Shown piece by piece: positions 7,284 to 15,835 of a stretch of 64,000 bases of DNA (within the stretch, counting starts at the first letter, position 1; every line of letters begins with the position of its first letter). The translations under genes and the position numbers were made by a program. Source of the stretch: a virus (taxonomy: Duplodnaviria > Caudoviricetes); the IMG/VR virus record IMGVR_UViG_3300032038_000011, positions 1 through 64,000 of that record. One strand, 5' to 3'. Below the pieces are notes generated by a model that searched no databases, was not told the DNA's origin, and saw nothing but the letters and a program-made list of their open reading frames with translations.

Positions 7284-7312
7284 ATTATACCAGAATTTTT
7301 ACTTAAAGTCAA
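7284..7312 (-). promoter_or_regulatory. sigma-A type promoter for tRNA block 6327-7250
   Basis: TTGACT-N17-TATAAT with extended TG. Confidence 0.85.
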
Positions 7313-7653
7313 AGAAATAAGGGGTTGAAAATATCAAATAGAGTAGGGATAATACCCTTTGCATCTTCACCAGTTAGAGTTTGATGAAAAGTTCCATAAT
7401 CTTTACAGAAAGCTTCAAGTACTTCACTATACTTATGTTGCGCTGTTACCATAGCTTTTCGAGCATCTTCTACTTCCTGCGCGCGAGTCTTACGTTCAGC
7501 AGCAAGAGCTTCTTGCTTTTCTTTGCGCTCACGTTCGGCCTTTTCACGTAAAATCTTTTGACGATTCTGCTCTTCCTTCACCTTAAATTCGGCTTCTAGA
7601 CAAGCCTTTTCCGTGTCATAAAACTGCTTTGTTACATCACTATAAAACTTCAT
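7309..7653 (-). CDS. Hypothetical coiled-coil protein
   Basis: ORF with GGAG RBS and its own promoter at 7729..7757. Confidence 0.7.
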   Translation of the reverse strand: MKFYSDVTKQFYDTEKACLEAEFKVKEEQNRQKILREKAERERKEKQEALAAERKTRAQEVEDARKAMVTAQHKYSEVLEAFCKDYGTFHQTLTGEDAKGIIPTLFDIFNPLFL

Positions 7654-7760
7654 AATAAAATCTCCTTATCGTTCCTATCCGATATTTTTTCTATGTCAAG
7701 GGGATTCCTCTCTCCCCTTGACATATTTATTATAACATAAAATTATATTGAAGTCAAATA

Positions 7761-8168
7761 TTAAGTTACTTCACGCCAAGATGTTGGATAGGTCGCAGGC
7801 GACCACACATTATTATCAATTAGATTTTCATATATTTTACCTTCGAATCTAACTTTATCTCCAATTTGATAAGCATTAGTAGAATCAGGTTGTTCCCAAT
7901 CTGGAATAATATTTTCATCCGGAATTAAAACTTTAGCCCATAGACTTGCGGCCGCGAGTGGAGTCCAAGATTCCTGAGAATTATGTGACTGTAAGCAACG
8001 ATATAAAATATTTTCATATCTTACTCTATCATCTTTCTCATATTGAATATTAGGTTCCCATTTAGGAAATAATTGAACGGCTTCAAGTGCGTCTGTATCA
8101 TCTAAATTTGCGGCAGCTTTTTCAATATATGGGCGAAGTTTGACTGCTAAATCAACTAACTTTCCCAT
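7761..8168 (-). CDS. Carbohydrate-binding (CBM5/12-like) tail-associated protein
   Basis: W...Y..DD.V.Y...LY.C and WEQPDSTNAY..GDKV repeats. Confidence 0.7.
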   Translation of the reverse strand: MGKLVDLAVKLRPYIEKAAANLDDTDALEAVQLFPKWEPNIQYEKDDRVRYENILYRCLQSHNSQESWTPLAAASLWAKVLIPDENIIPDWEQPDSTNAYQIGDKVRFEGKIYENLIDNNVWSPATYPTSWREVT

Positions 8169-8169
8169 A

Positions 8170-8424
8170 TTACTCTACCCCCAATAAAATTTTCGCGGCT
8201 TGAAGCTCCTCTTGTAATGCAGCAATATCAGTTTGTTGTTTGAATAGAATATCTAAATATTCATCTTTATCATATTCTACTAAAGTGTAACAAAAACAAT
8301 TAACTGTATTTTCTTCTACTTCTACAGACATTTCCTTAACATCTGTTGAAACAAAAACTTTTGTTGAAGTAGTTTCAATTTCTGGTGGCTTATTCATAGA
8401 ATAAGTATGCTCGTAAATTTTCAT
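8170..8424 (-). CDS. Small tail-associated hypothetical protein
   Basis: ORF translationally coupled within the structural operon. Confidence 0.6.
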   Translation of the reverse strand: MKIYEHTYSMNKPPEIETTSTKVFVSTDVKEMSVEVEENTVNCFCYTLVEYDKDEYLDILFKQQTDIAALQEELQAAKILLGVE

Positions 8425-10350
8425 TTAAACCACCTCATACCATAAATTATAATTATGGTTATCAATTAAAGTATTTGGAGTTGGAATATACATTATTCGT
8501 GCAGTATCATGTTGGAAGTGGAAATTTTTTTTAACGTTAAAGCCGTAATAAAAAATTCCGCTATTAGATTGAGAAACAGAGTGACCACCGATAACACCAA
8601 TGTAATTAGTATTTTCATTAACTGGAGGATAGTAATAATCTCCAATTGGAAGATTACTATTTGCGTTGGAAGAGGCTTCTATTGGTAAAAATACCCAAAG
8701 ATGATTTTCATCATAACCAAAAGCATTAATCCAATTTTCTTGAGACGCTAATTTAAAATCTATAACTTTATCTTTATAAGTCATAACATTATTTACGATA
8801 GAAATACCATCAATAAATCTCCATATATTACCGAAAGGATTTTCCAGACCCCTATAAGAAATAGCACATTGTCCTGTAGTAGTATATGTAGAAGAATTTC
8901 CATTACGGACATTTATTGTAGCAACTGCTTGGCCTGAACTATTTCCTAAAGATAAAGTAGAACCTGTATTGCAAGCATAATTTAATCCTGCTGTTGCAGT
9001 TAATTGAGTTATGCCAACATTAAAAGCAGCTTGAATATTTGGTCGTCCATATTCAACCATCATCAGCATTTGATTAGCAGATTCAAATTCAAGATTTGTC
9101 ATCTTCCAGCCCTCGCCATTGTTTTCACACATACGTTTTGCCGCGGCAGCAGTAAAATCTTGAGATTGACCACTAATTGGTTTAGCATTAATAATAGAAA
9201 CGAGACAATCATTTTCTAAATCAACATCTTGAGTATCATTTAATTCATAAGAATTAGAATTTACACGATAAGTTCCACTTTCAAAAGCAGGTAATAAAAC
9301 ATAACGTAAAGCTTTTCCTTCTTCATCTCTAAATAATGGATGTAAAATAAAGCCAGCATATTTTTGGTCGGCTAAATATAATTGCTCTTTATTAATTTTA
9401 AAACCATTAGAAATTTTAGAAATAGAGAGAGGTACTCGTAGATAATAGAAAGCTGGCTGATAAACCATAATACGCTGATTAGTCAAAGAATCTAGATCTT
9501 CTTCTCCAGTTAAGAATTGCTGAATATTTCCTTCTCTATCTACTACACAACGTTTGCGGCCGCCATACATCTTAAATTTATCAAAGTCTTGACCTGCTGT
9601 TAAATCTTTTGCTCCTTGTAAACGAGTAAAGGTTTTATTAGCATAATCTAATTCAAGGCCAACTATATTATTATTTTTATAAGTTCCAGAAATAATTTGC
9701 GTTAAAATAACATCTGCTTCTGTAATAGAACTTGGGATAATGTTACCATTTTCATCTACAGAAATAATAGAACCTTCGTCTGCGGCTGAAATATTACCTG
9801 AAATATTTCCAGAACCACCACCAGAAATTGGAATATTTTTAATTTTATTTTCTAAATCAGTTTTTTGATTATTTAAAGCATTTGTTATTGCTTTTTGAGT
9901 CATACTTCCATCTTCATTGGAGCCTGTAGAAGTATAATTCTTCATAATATTAAAAGAATTTAAAAGACCCTTTTTCCGCACTTTTGCTTTCTTACTTTTA
10001 TAAGAAGAAGTATTTTCATCTTCTACTGTTACATCAGTAACTGCGTTATCTATTTCGGATTGTAAAGCTGAAGTAGATTGGATAATTTTTTCATCAACTA
10101 CTTCTTCTGCGGCAGAAGTTACTTCTTCTTTCATATTCTCTAAATTAGAAGCGATTTCTTGTGCTCGCGTGTTTGCAGTTTCAGCCGCAGATTGGGCTTC
10201 TTGTGCGGCAGTAAGAGCTTCTTCGGCTTGGTCTAATTTTGCTGCGACTTCGTTGGCTTTTGCCATAGCTTCATTAGCTTGACGAGTTAATTTCTCCGTT
10301 TCTCCTGTAAAGGATTTCTTCTTGGCTACTAGAATGTCTAAAATATCCAT
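8425..10350 (-). CDS. Tail fibre/adhesin with coiled coil and C-terminal C-type-lectin (Mtd/FGE-like) domain
   Basis: SYRGLENPFGNIWRFIDG motif; N-terminal Ala/Glu coiled coil. Confidence 0.6.
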   Translation of the reverse strand: MDILDILVAKKKSFTGETEKLTRQANEAMAKANEVAAKLDQAEEALTAAQEAQSAAETANTRAQEIASNLENMKEEVTSAAEEVVDEKIIQSTSALQSEIDNAVTDVTVEDENTSSYKSKKAKVRKKGLLNSFNIMKNYTSTGSNEDGSMTQKAITNALNNQKTDLENKIKNIPISGGGSGNISGNISAADEGSIISVDENGNIIPSSITEADVILTQIISGTYKNNNIVGLELDYANKTFTRLQGAKDLTAGQDFDKFKMYGGRKRCVVDREGNIQQFLTGEEDLDSLTNQRIMVYQPAFYYLRVPLSISKISNGFKINKEQLYLADQKYAGFILHPLFRDEEGKALRYVLLPAFESGTYRVNSNSYELNDTQDVDLENDCLVSIINAKPISGQSQDFTAAAAKRMCENNGEGWKMTNLEFESANQMLMMVEYGRPNIQAAFNVGITQLTATAGLNYACNTGSTLSLGNSSGQAVATINVRNGNSSTYTTTGQCAISYRGLENPFGNIWRFIDGISIVNNVMTYKDKVIDFKLASQENWINAFGYDENHLWVFLPIEASSNANSNLPIGDYYYPPVNENTNYIGVIGGHSVSQSNSGIFYYGFNVKKNFHFQHDTARIMYIPTPNTLIDNHNYNLWYEVV

Positions 10351-10362
10351 AAGTTACCTCCT

Positions 10363-10560
10363 TTAGATTTCTTTCCACTCTTTGTGACTATTAGCCACAT
10401 AAGCTTCAAGACCTCCACTTTCTCCTTCTACAACAATACATACCGAACCTAAAGTAATTTCATTAGGATTAATATTTGCTCGGTCTTCCATTGTATCACA
10501 ATAATGTTCGTAAGTAATAATATTGTCTTGCGAACCACGTTTTGTCATTATATGTGCCAT
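10363..10560 (-). CDS. Small hypothetical structural protein
   Basis: ATG at 10560 behind a GGAAGTGAG RBS; the longer ORF-track start overlaps a hairpin. Confidence 0.6.
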   Translation of the reverse strand: MAHIMTKRGSQDNIITYEHYCDTMEDRANINPNEITLGSVCIVVEGESGGLEAYVANSHKEWKEI

Positions 10561-10586
10561 AAACTCACTTCCTTTTAAAAATAATA

Positions 10587-10649
10587 AGCCAGAATAGCGA
10601 CTTATGCTTCTTAAAAGAAGTGAGTTTATTAGTACGTTATTCTGGCTTT
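10587..10649 (-). terminator. Long intergenic hairpin/terminator
   Basis: AAGCCAGAATAGCG/CGTTATTCTGGCTT inverted repeat, T-rich downstream. Confidence 0.55.
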
Positions 10650-10657
10650 TATTTTCG

Positions 10658-11428
10658 TTATTCAATTAAAGACCAACCATATGCGTCAGGAGCCCATACG
10701 TTATTATCTACAATAGATTCATAAGTATGGCCATTGTAAGTTACTTTATCTCCTGTTTGATATGGATTAGTTGAATCAGGTTGCTGCCATTCTGAAATTG
10801 TTGGTTCTTCAGGTTCTTGCTCGTCTGTGTCTGATTCTACTAATTCCCAACCAGCAGGATAAGCGTCTGGCGCCCAGGTATTATTATCAATTAATGATTT
10901 ATAAATTTTTCCATTATAAATAACTTTATCTCCGGTTAAATATGGATTAGTAGAAGATGGCTGCTGCCACTCTTGTGGCTCTTCATCCTCGCTAGTAAGA
11001 ATTTCCGCGAATAGACTTGGAGCACGAGAAGGTGTCCAATCATCTTGAGAAGTATGATTTTGAAGAACTTTAAATATACGTCCTCCATAACGAACACGTT
11101 CATTAATTGTATATTCTTTTCCAGATTTCCAATTTGGAAAAAGAATTGGGCGTTCTACCGCTTCTTCGTCAGTCATTTCACCAATAATCTCGTTAAGTTC
11201 TTGACGAAGTTGTTCTGCTTCTGCGATAGTTGAAATACCTGCTTCTGATAAAGCGAGTTCTTCATTTGTTTTTATGTAAATTTGGTTATCTTTAATATAC
11301 ATATTAAAGTAATTTAAGGCATCTTGTATACTATCTCCATTAAAGTAATTTTCAGAATTTTCATTTTGGGAGAAAGAAACAGTAAGACCGCCTTGATTAT
11401 TTAAATAATTTTCACGTATAAAGCCCAT
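10658..11428 (-). CDS. CBM5/12-like repeat protein
   Basis: Three W-Y-GDKV-Y-G-Y-S-DNN-WAP type repeats. Confidence 0.7.
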   Translation of the reverse strand: MGFIRENYLNNQGGLTVSFSQNENSENYFNGDSIQDALNYFNMYIKDNQIYIKTNEELALSEAGISTIAEAEQLRQELNEIIGEMTDEEAVERPILFPNWKSGKEYTINERVRYGGRIFKVLQNHTSQDDWTPSRAPSLFAEILTSEDEEPQEWQQPSSTNPYLTGDKVIYNGKIYKSLIDNNTWAPDAYPAGWELVESDTDEQEPEEPTISEWQQPDSTNPYQTGDKVTYNGHTYESIVDNNVWAPDAYGWSLIE

Positions 11429-11450
11429 AAAATCACTCCATTTTAATTAA

Positions 11451-13886
11451 TTAAATTCTCCAAGTCATTCCATTGGTTTGATCATGTAATCCTATTTTAT
11501 AAGAAGCACCAGTATAAATAATTAAATCATACCAATGTCCATTTCGACCTTTAAAAGTAAAATAAGCTACTTGGCCATCATTGCTTCCAGTACTTGTTTG
11601 TGGTACTTGAAGATTTGCTCTTGCATCTATTGCATTGGTTGCTCCAGTGCCGCCGTTACCCACGGCCACCGTGCCGGTAACATTAGAAGCAGTACCTGTG
11701 CAATTACCATTAACAGTAATATTTCCGCCTTGTCCACGAACAATCATCCACTTACCATTTTTTACATACGATGATCCATTCCAGTATCCGCTACTATAAA
11801 TACCGTGATTACCACCACTAGCCTTTGAATCGCTGTCTAGATAAATACGACAGTTGGTATCTGTATTTGTTGCTGCAAAAGCTCTTTCACCTGCACCGGA
11901 TGAATAAACACTTCCAGTAAAAGTATCTCCTTCGATACGTGCCCATTTATGTTCGTTATCTACCCATGCGGCGGTATTTGCACGATTAATGGCTCTAAAT
12001 AATACACCACCATTCGTTCCAGTTTCATTATTGTAAATCAGCATCCATGATCCAGTTGAATATGAGCCAGACCAAGTAAATGCTATGTTTGTCAAATTAT
12101 CAGAAGCACAGCTTCCAGAACTTCCCGAACAGTTTCCTGTTACATTTCCAGTTAGCGGTCCGGAGAATGCGGGAGCCGTCAACGTGCCATTAGAACCAAA
12201 TGTAAATGTCTTTCTGCTGCCCCAGCCATCTTGCATGTTGGTGAATATATTTACATCGCTATCGTTGCAGAGGTATAAAACTTCGTTCCCTCCGGCTACT
12301 TGTGCCACAGCTTCATTGGTGGATTCTCCACCACCTATAATTGTTGCGCCGCCACCGCCGATAGAAATGCCATCTCCGTTTCCATCGCCCGTATTGTCGA
12401 TGAATTTAATCATATCATGCGAAGCGTTTGTTCCGGTATAGGCAATGGCGTTTTGGACTTTATTAAAGGTAAGTTTACCAGTCATTGTCCCTCCACTTAA
12501 TTTTAAGTAAGTAGAAGAAATAGTATTTCCATCCGCGTCTTGAGTGGCTTTAGTCGCAGAGTATGCATTTCCATTAAGAATTACATTACCGTTAGCATCT
12601 CTATAAACTAACCATGTTTCATCTCCAGTCCAAACTAGTCCGTCGTCGTTTCGTCCATAACCACTTGATTTTAACCCATGCATACCGCTATCTAAATCAC
12701 TACTTAATGAAAGCGTCCAAGCAGAATTTTTTCTTATATTAAGATCTCCAGTCATTGTGTCGCCAGACTTCTTTAAGTAAGTAGAAGAAATAGTATTTCC
12801 ATCCGCGTCTTGAGTGGCTTTAGTTGCAGTTGTCGCGTTACCTGTTAAATTACCGGAAAATGTACCAGTAGTAGTTCCACTTATTGTTAGACCAGAGGTT
12901 GCTGCTTGAATACGAACATCATAATTAGCTGTGTTTTTATCTGTAGTATGAAAATCAATATATTTTCCAACTTCCATTACTCCATCTGAGGCACCAATTA
13001 CAGGAACCAATCCCCAAGTGTCTGTAGTACCAGCAGTTGCAGCACCATAAGTAGCAATGCTTCCTAAACCTAAATTAGTTCTTGCATCTGCAGCAGTTGT
13101 TGCACCTGTACCACCTTGTGCAACCGGTAATGTTCCAAAAGTAAGTGCTCCATTCACACTAGTTGTATAGGCTGCTCCGTTTGCTGTTGCTTTCCATGTT
13201 GGTGCAGAAGTGCCACCGGCTGAAACTAAAATTTGATTAGCTGTTCCAGCACTAGTTGGAGCATAAATACCTGTTGCTCTGGTTTGAGAGGCATTATTTA
13301 CAGTTACTAAACCATAATATACTGAGCGTTCTGTGGTCAAACCAGTTCCAGTGCCTAATGCCCCATTTGCGGTTGTGTCATCTACTCCATACGTTACAGC
13401 ATCACCAAATACTCCTTTAACACAATAAGTTAAATTTGAAGAAGTACCAGAATAACTTCCATCCCAATAAGCAAGTGTATTTTTAGTAATAATGTGAGTA
13501 TCTGTTGCGTTTGCAGTCCATTCTAAATTACCTTTTGATGTACGATTATAAATTGCACGAGTAGTTAAAGCCGCGGTAGTAGTACTTCCAGATATAATAA
13601 CACTATTTGCTGTAAAGGATGCTGCCCCGGTACCACCTCTTGCAACTCCTAATGTACCAGAAGTTAATTTATCAGTACTTAAACTTGGTATATCACTTGC
13701 CACAAGTGTAGTCCAATATACACTAGTTCCATTTGATTTTAATAAATTATTTGCACTACCTGGCCCAAAAGTAGTTCCATTGGATGAGGTAGGTACACGC
13801 AAAATTTGAAATTGCGCAGTTGTTGAAAATAAAGTATCCGTCGCGCGCAAACTGCCTGCGACAACTGTATCTTTTAAAGAGGCCGT
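11451..13886 (-). CDS. Tail fibre protein (likely ACG start at 13886)
   Basis: GGTGAT..ARTNLG, GNATTAT, GDTMTG fibre motifs; AGGAGG RBS 8 nt before an in-frame ACG. Confidence 0.75.
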   Translation of the reverse strand, partial: TASLKDTVVAGSLRATDTLFSTTAQFQILRVPTSSNGTTFGPGSANNLLKSNGTSVYWTTLVASDIPSLSTDKLTSGTLGVARGGTGAASFTANSVIISGSTTTAALTTRAIYNRTSKGNLEWTANATDTHIITKNTLAYWDGSYSGTSSNLTYCVKGVFGDAVTYGVDDTTANGALGTGTGLTTERSVYYGLVTVNNASQTRATGIYAPTSAGTANQILVSAGGTSAPTWKATANGAAYTTSVNGALTFGTLPVAQGGTGATTAADARTNLGLGSIATYGAATAGTTDTWGLVPVIGASDGVMEVGKYIDFHTTDKNTANYDVRIQAATSGLTISGTTTGTFSGNLTGNATTATKATQDADGNTISSTYLKKSGDTMTGDLNIRKNSAWTLSLSSDLDSGMHGLKSSGYGRNDDGLVWTGDETWLVYRDANGNVILNGNAYSATKATQDADGNTISSTYLKLSGGTMTGKLTFNKVQNAIAYTGTNASHDMIKFIDNTGDGNGDGISIGGGGATIIGGGESTNEAVAQVAGGNEVLYLCNDSDVNIFTNMQDGWGSRKTFTFGSNGTLTAPAFSGPLTGNVTGNCSGSSGSCASDNLTNIAFTWSGSYSTGSWMLIYNNETGTNGGVLFRAINRANTAAWVDNEHKWARIEGDTFTGSVYSSGAGERAFAATNTDTNCRIYLDSDSKASGGNHGIYSSGYWNGSSYVKNGKWMIVRGQGGNITVNGNCTGTASNVTGTVAVGNGGTGATNAIDARANLQVPQTSTGSNDGQVAYFTFKGRNGHWYDLIIYTGASYKIGLHDQTNGMTWRI

Positions 13887-13921
13887 AAGTCATCCCTCCT
13901 ATTATTGAGGCGTGTGCCTCT

Positions 13922-15829
13922 TTAGATTTCTATAAATTCAGATGATAGCCATCCTTTATCTTTTTGAAGTCTTGCTAATTGAGTAGAGGTTTCTTCAAGT
14001 TCGTTAGTTTGAAGAATCCCTGTTTTAAGGAGTTTTTCATTAGAAATTTCATTAAATTCAAAAGCATGAACTCCTCCCAAATTATCCACTTTCATACCTA
14101 CATTATATAGCATTTTTATGTCATTGTCAAGTAATGGAGTACAGTAGATGCGGAAGTCGCTATAATTTCCTAATGTTTTTCTTCTTACCCCACCTGCTTG
14201 AGAATAACCAATATACAATTGAGAAAATGTTGCTAATGTTTTATTAGTGCCTACTGATATGTTGGTTTGTAAAACCCCGTCTTTATAAGATTTTGCAGTA
14301 GTACCATCATAAGTAATAGCATAATGATGCCATTCATTTCTTATGTAAGTAAAAGAAAGTCGCTTAACACCAGAACCGTCACTAGGATAAATATCAAATC
14401 CTGCATCACGGTGGTGTAATGCTGTTGTATTATAATCAGTTGGACGGGAGGTACTATTTGAAGTACAAAAAGCTGCGTGGTTAGTACTACTTCCATAACC
14501 GTTTTCTGGTTTTGCCCACCATGCTACTGTAAGTTGTAATGGGGTAGTTAAAGTAAAAGGAGTTTGAATATAACAAATTCCTGTTTCAGAACTCTCTGTT
14601 GGAGCGCTACTATTCCATTTTGTACTAAATAAATAACGTTTAGTTTCTTTATTGATTATTAAATCACCAATAATTGTCCCATTATGTCCATAACCGCTGC
14701 TATCTTGTATAATATTAGAGGAATAAATAAAAATTGGAGAACAAGTTTCAGTATTATTTTCTAGATAACATTCTGATACATAAATTTTATATCCAGATTT
14801 TACATAAATACCAATTAAATCATTTGAACCGTCTTGGCTTGCTCCTTCACAACAACAATAATAAAAACCGTCTCCTAAAGATTTAATTGAAGTCCATTTA
14901 TCGTTTGGTACTCCTCCATTTCGTGCATTCCAAGTTGGGCAACAAATTGATTCTGTAATAGGAAGACCATTTTCTTCTTTTATAATTGCTTGTAAACTTC
15001 TATAACCGCCTTCAAAAGTAGGACTTTGAAATAATAAAATATACGAATTAGTTCCTGCTTTTTCTGAAATCCAATGGCTATAAGTATTATTTTTATTATA
15101 AATATATTTTTTATTTGTATTTTGACCATGATCCCCAGAATGCCCTGAAGGCCCCCAATGACTCCAACCACCACTTTTTGAAGTTGTATTAAAAGTTGGA
15201 TAAGAATAAACATTAGTAGAAGGAATAATTGTTATTTTTTCTTCAGAACTTGCGTCTAACTTATAATGCAAAACCAATCCCATCGCAATCTCACGAACTT
15301 CCGCGGCGGAAAGACAGTGGTCGTAGATGCGGACATCGTTTAAAAAAATAGATGTTCCTACTCCTAAGCGTAATCTTCCAATAGTATCATTAGTTACTGC
15401 TTCACTAGAAGTTGTTTGTAATACTCCGTCACGATAACAACAACTTTTTCCATCTTTTACAACGAAAGCATAATGGTGCCAAGAGCCTATTTCAGCATTA
15501 TATATGTTTAAAGATGGATTATATTCAAGTTTAAGTCTGGAAGAATCAGCAATATAAATACCATGTATTTGAGAATTATCACTATTATCAATACCTATTA
15601 TTAATTGCCAACTTGCTGTTGAATTAGTTTTAGCCCAAAAACAATAACTACTATTATTAAAAGATAAATTATTTAAATTAGTTAATGTAATTGTTGCAGG
15701 ACTATAACATTTTCCAATTTTTCCCGCACTATTAACTGTTGCCCCATTATTAGTAACCGTAACATCACTACATCCTAAATTCCTCAAATCCCCATCTAAG
15801 GGGAGCCATACTTTAAGCAAATTAATCAA
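13922..15829 (-). CDS. LamG/concanavalin-A-like domain tail protein (two domains)
   Basis: VWLPLDG, WHHYA, DVRIYDHCLS / DFRIYCTPL motifs. Confidence 0.75.
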   Translation of the reverse strand: MINLLKVWLPLDGDLRNLGCSDVTVTNNGATVNSAGKIGKCYSPATITLTNLNNLSFNNSSYCFWAKTNSTASWQLIIGIDNSDNSQIHGIYIADSSRLKLEYNPSLNIYNAEIGSWHHYAFVVKDGKSCCYRDGVLQTTSSEAVTNDTIGRLRLGVGTSIFLNDVRIYDHCLSAAEVREIAMGLVLHYKLDASSEEKITIIPSTNVYSYPTFNTTSKSGGWSHWGPSGHSGDHGQNTNKKYIYNKNNTYSHWISEKAGTNSYILLFQSPTFEGGYRSLQAIIKEENGLPITESICCPTWNARNGGVPNDKWTSIKSLGDGFYYCCCEGASQDGSNDLIGIYVKSGYKIYVSECYLENNTETCSPIFIYSSNIIQDSSGYGHNGTIIGDLIINKETKRYLFSTKWNSSAPTESSETGICYIQTPFTLTTPLQLTVAWWAKPENGYGSSTNHAAFCTSNSTSRPTDYNTTALHHRDAGFDIYPSDGSGVKRLSFTYIRNEWHHYAITYDGTTAKSYKDGVLQTNISVGTNKTLATFSQLYIGYSQAGGVRRKTLGNYSDFRIYCTPLLDNDIKMLYNVGMKVDNLGGVHAFEFNEISNEKLLKTGILQTNELEETSTQLARLQKDKGWLSSEFIEI

Positions 15830-15835
15830 CTCCCC

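Noticed and set aside
11565-11576. GGCCAAGTAGCT as the missing 5' half of the orphan tRNA
   Set aside because: Lies inside the tail fibre CDS and is not followed by a D arm or anticodon stem; chance match
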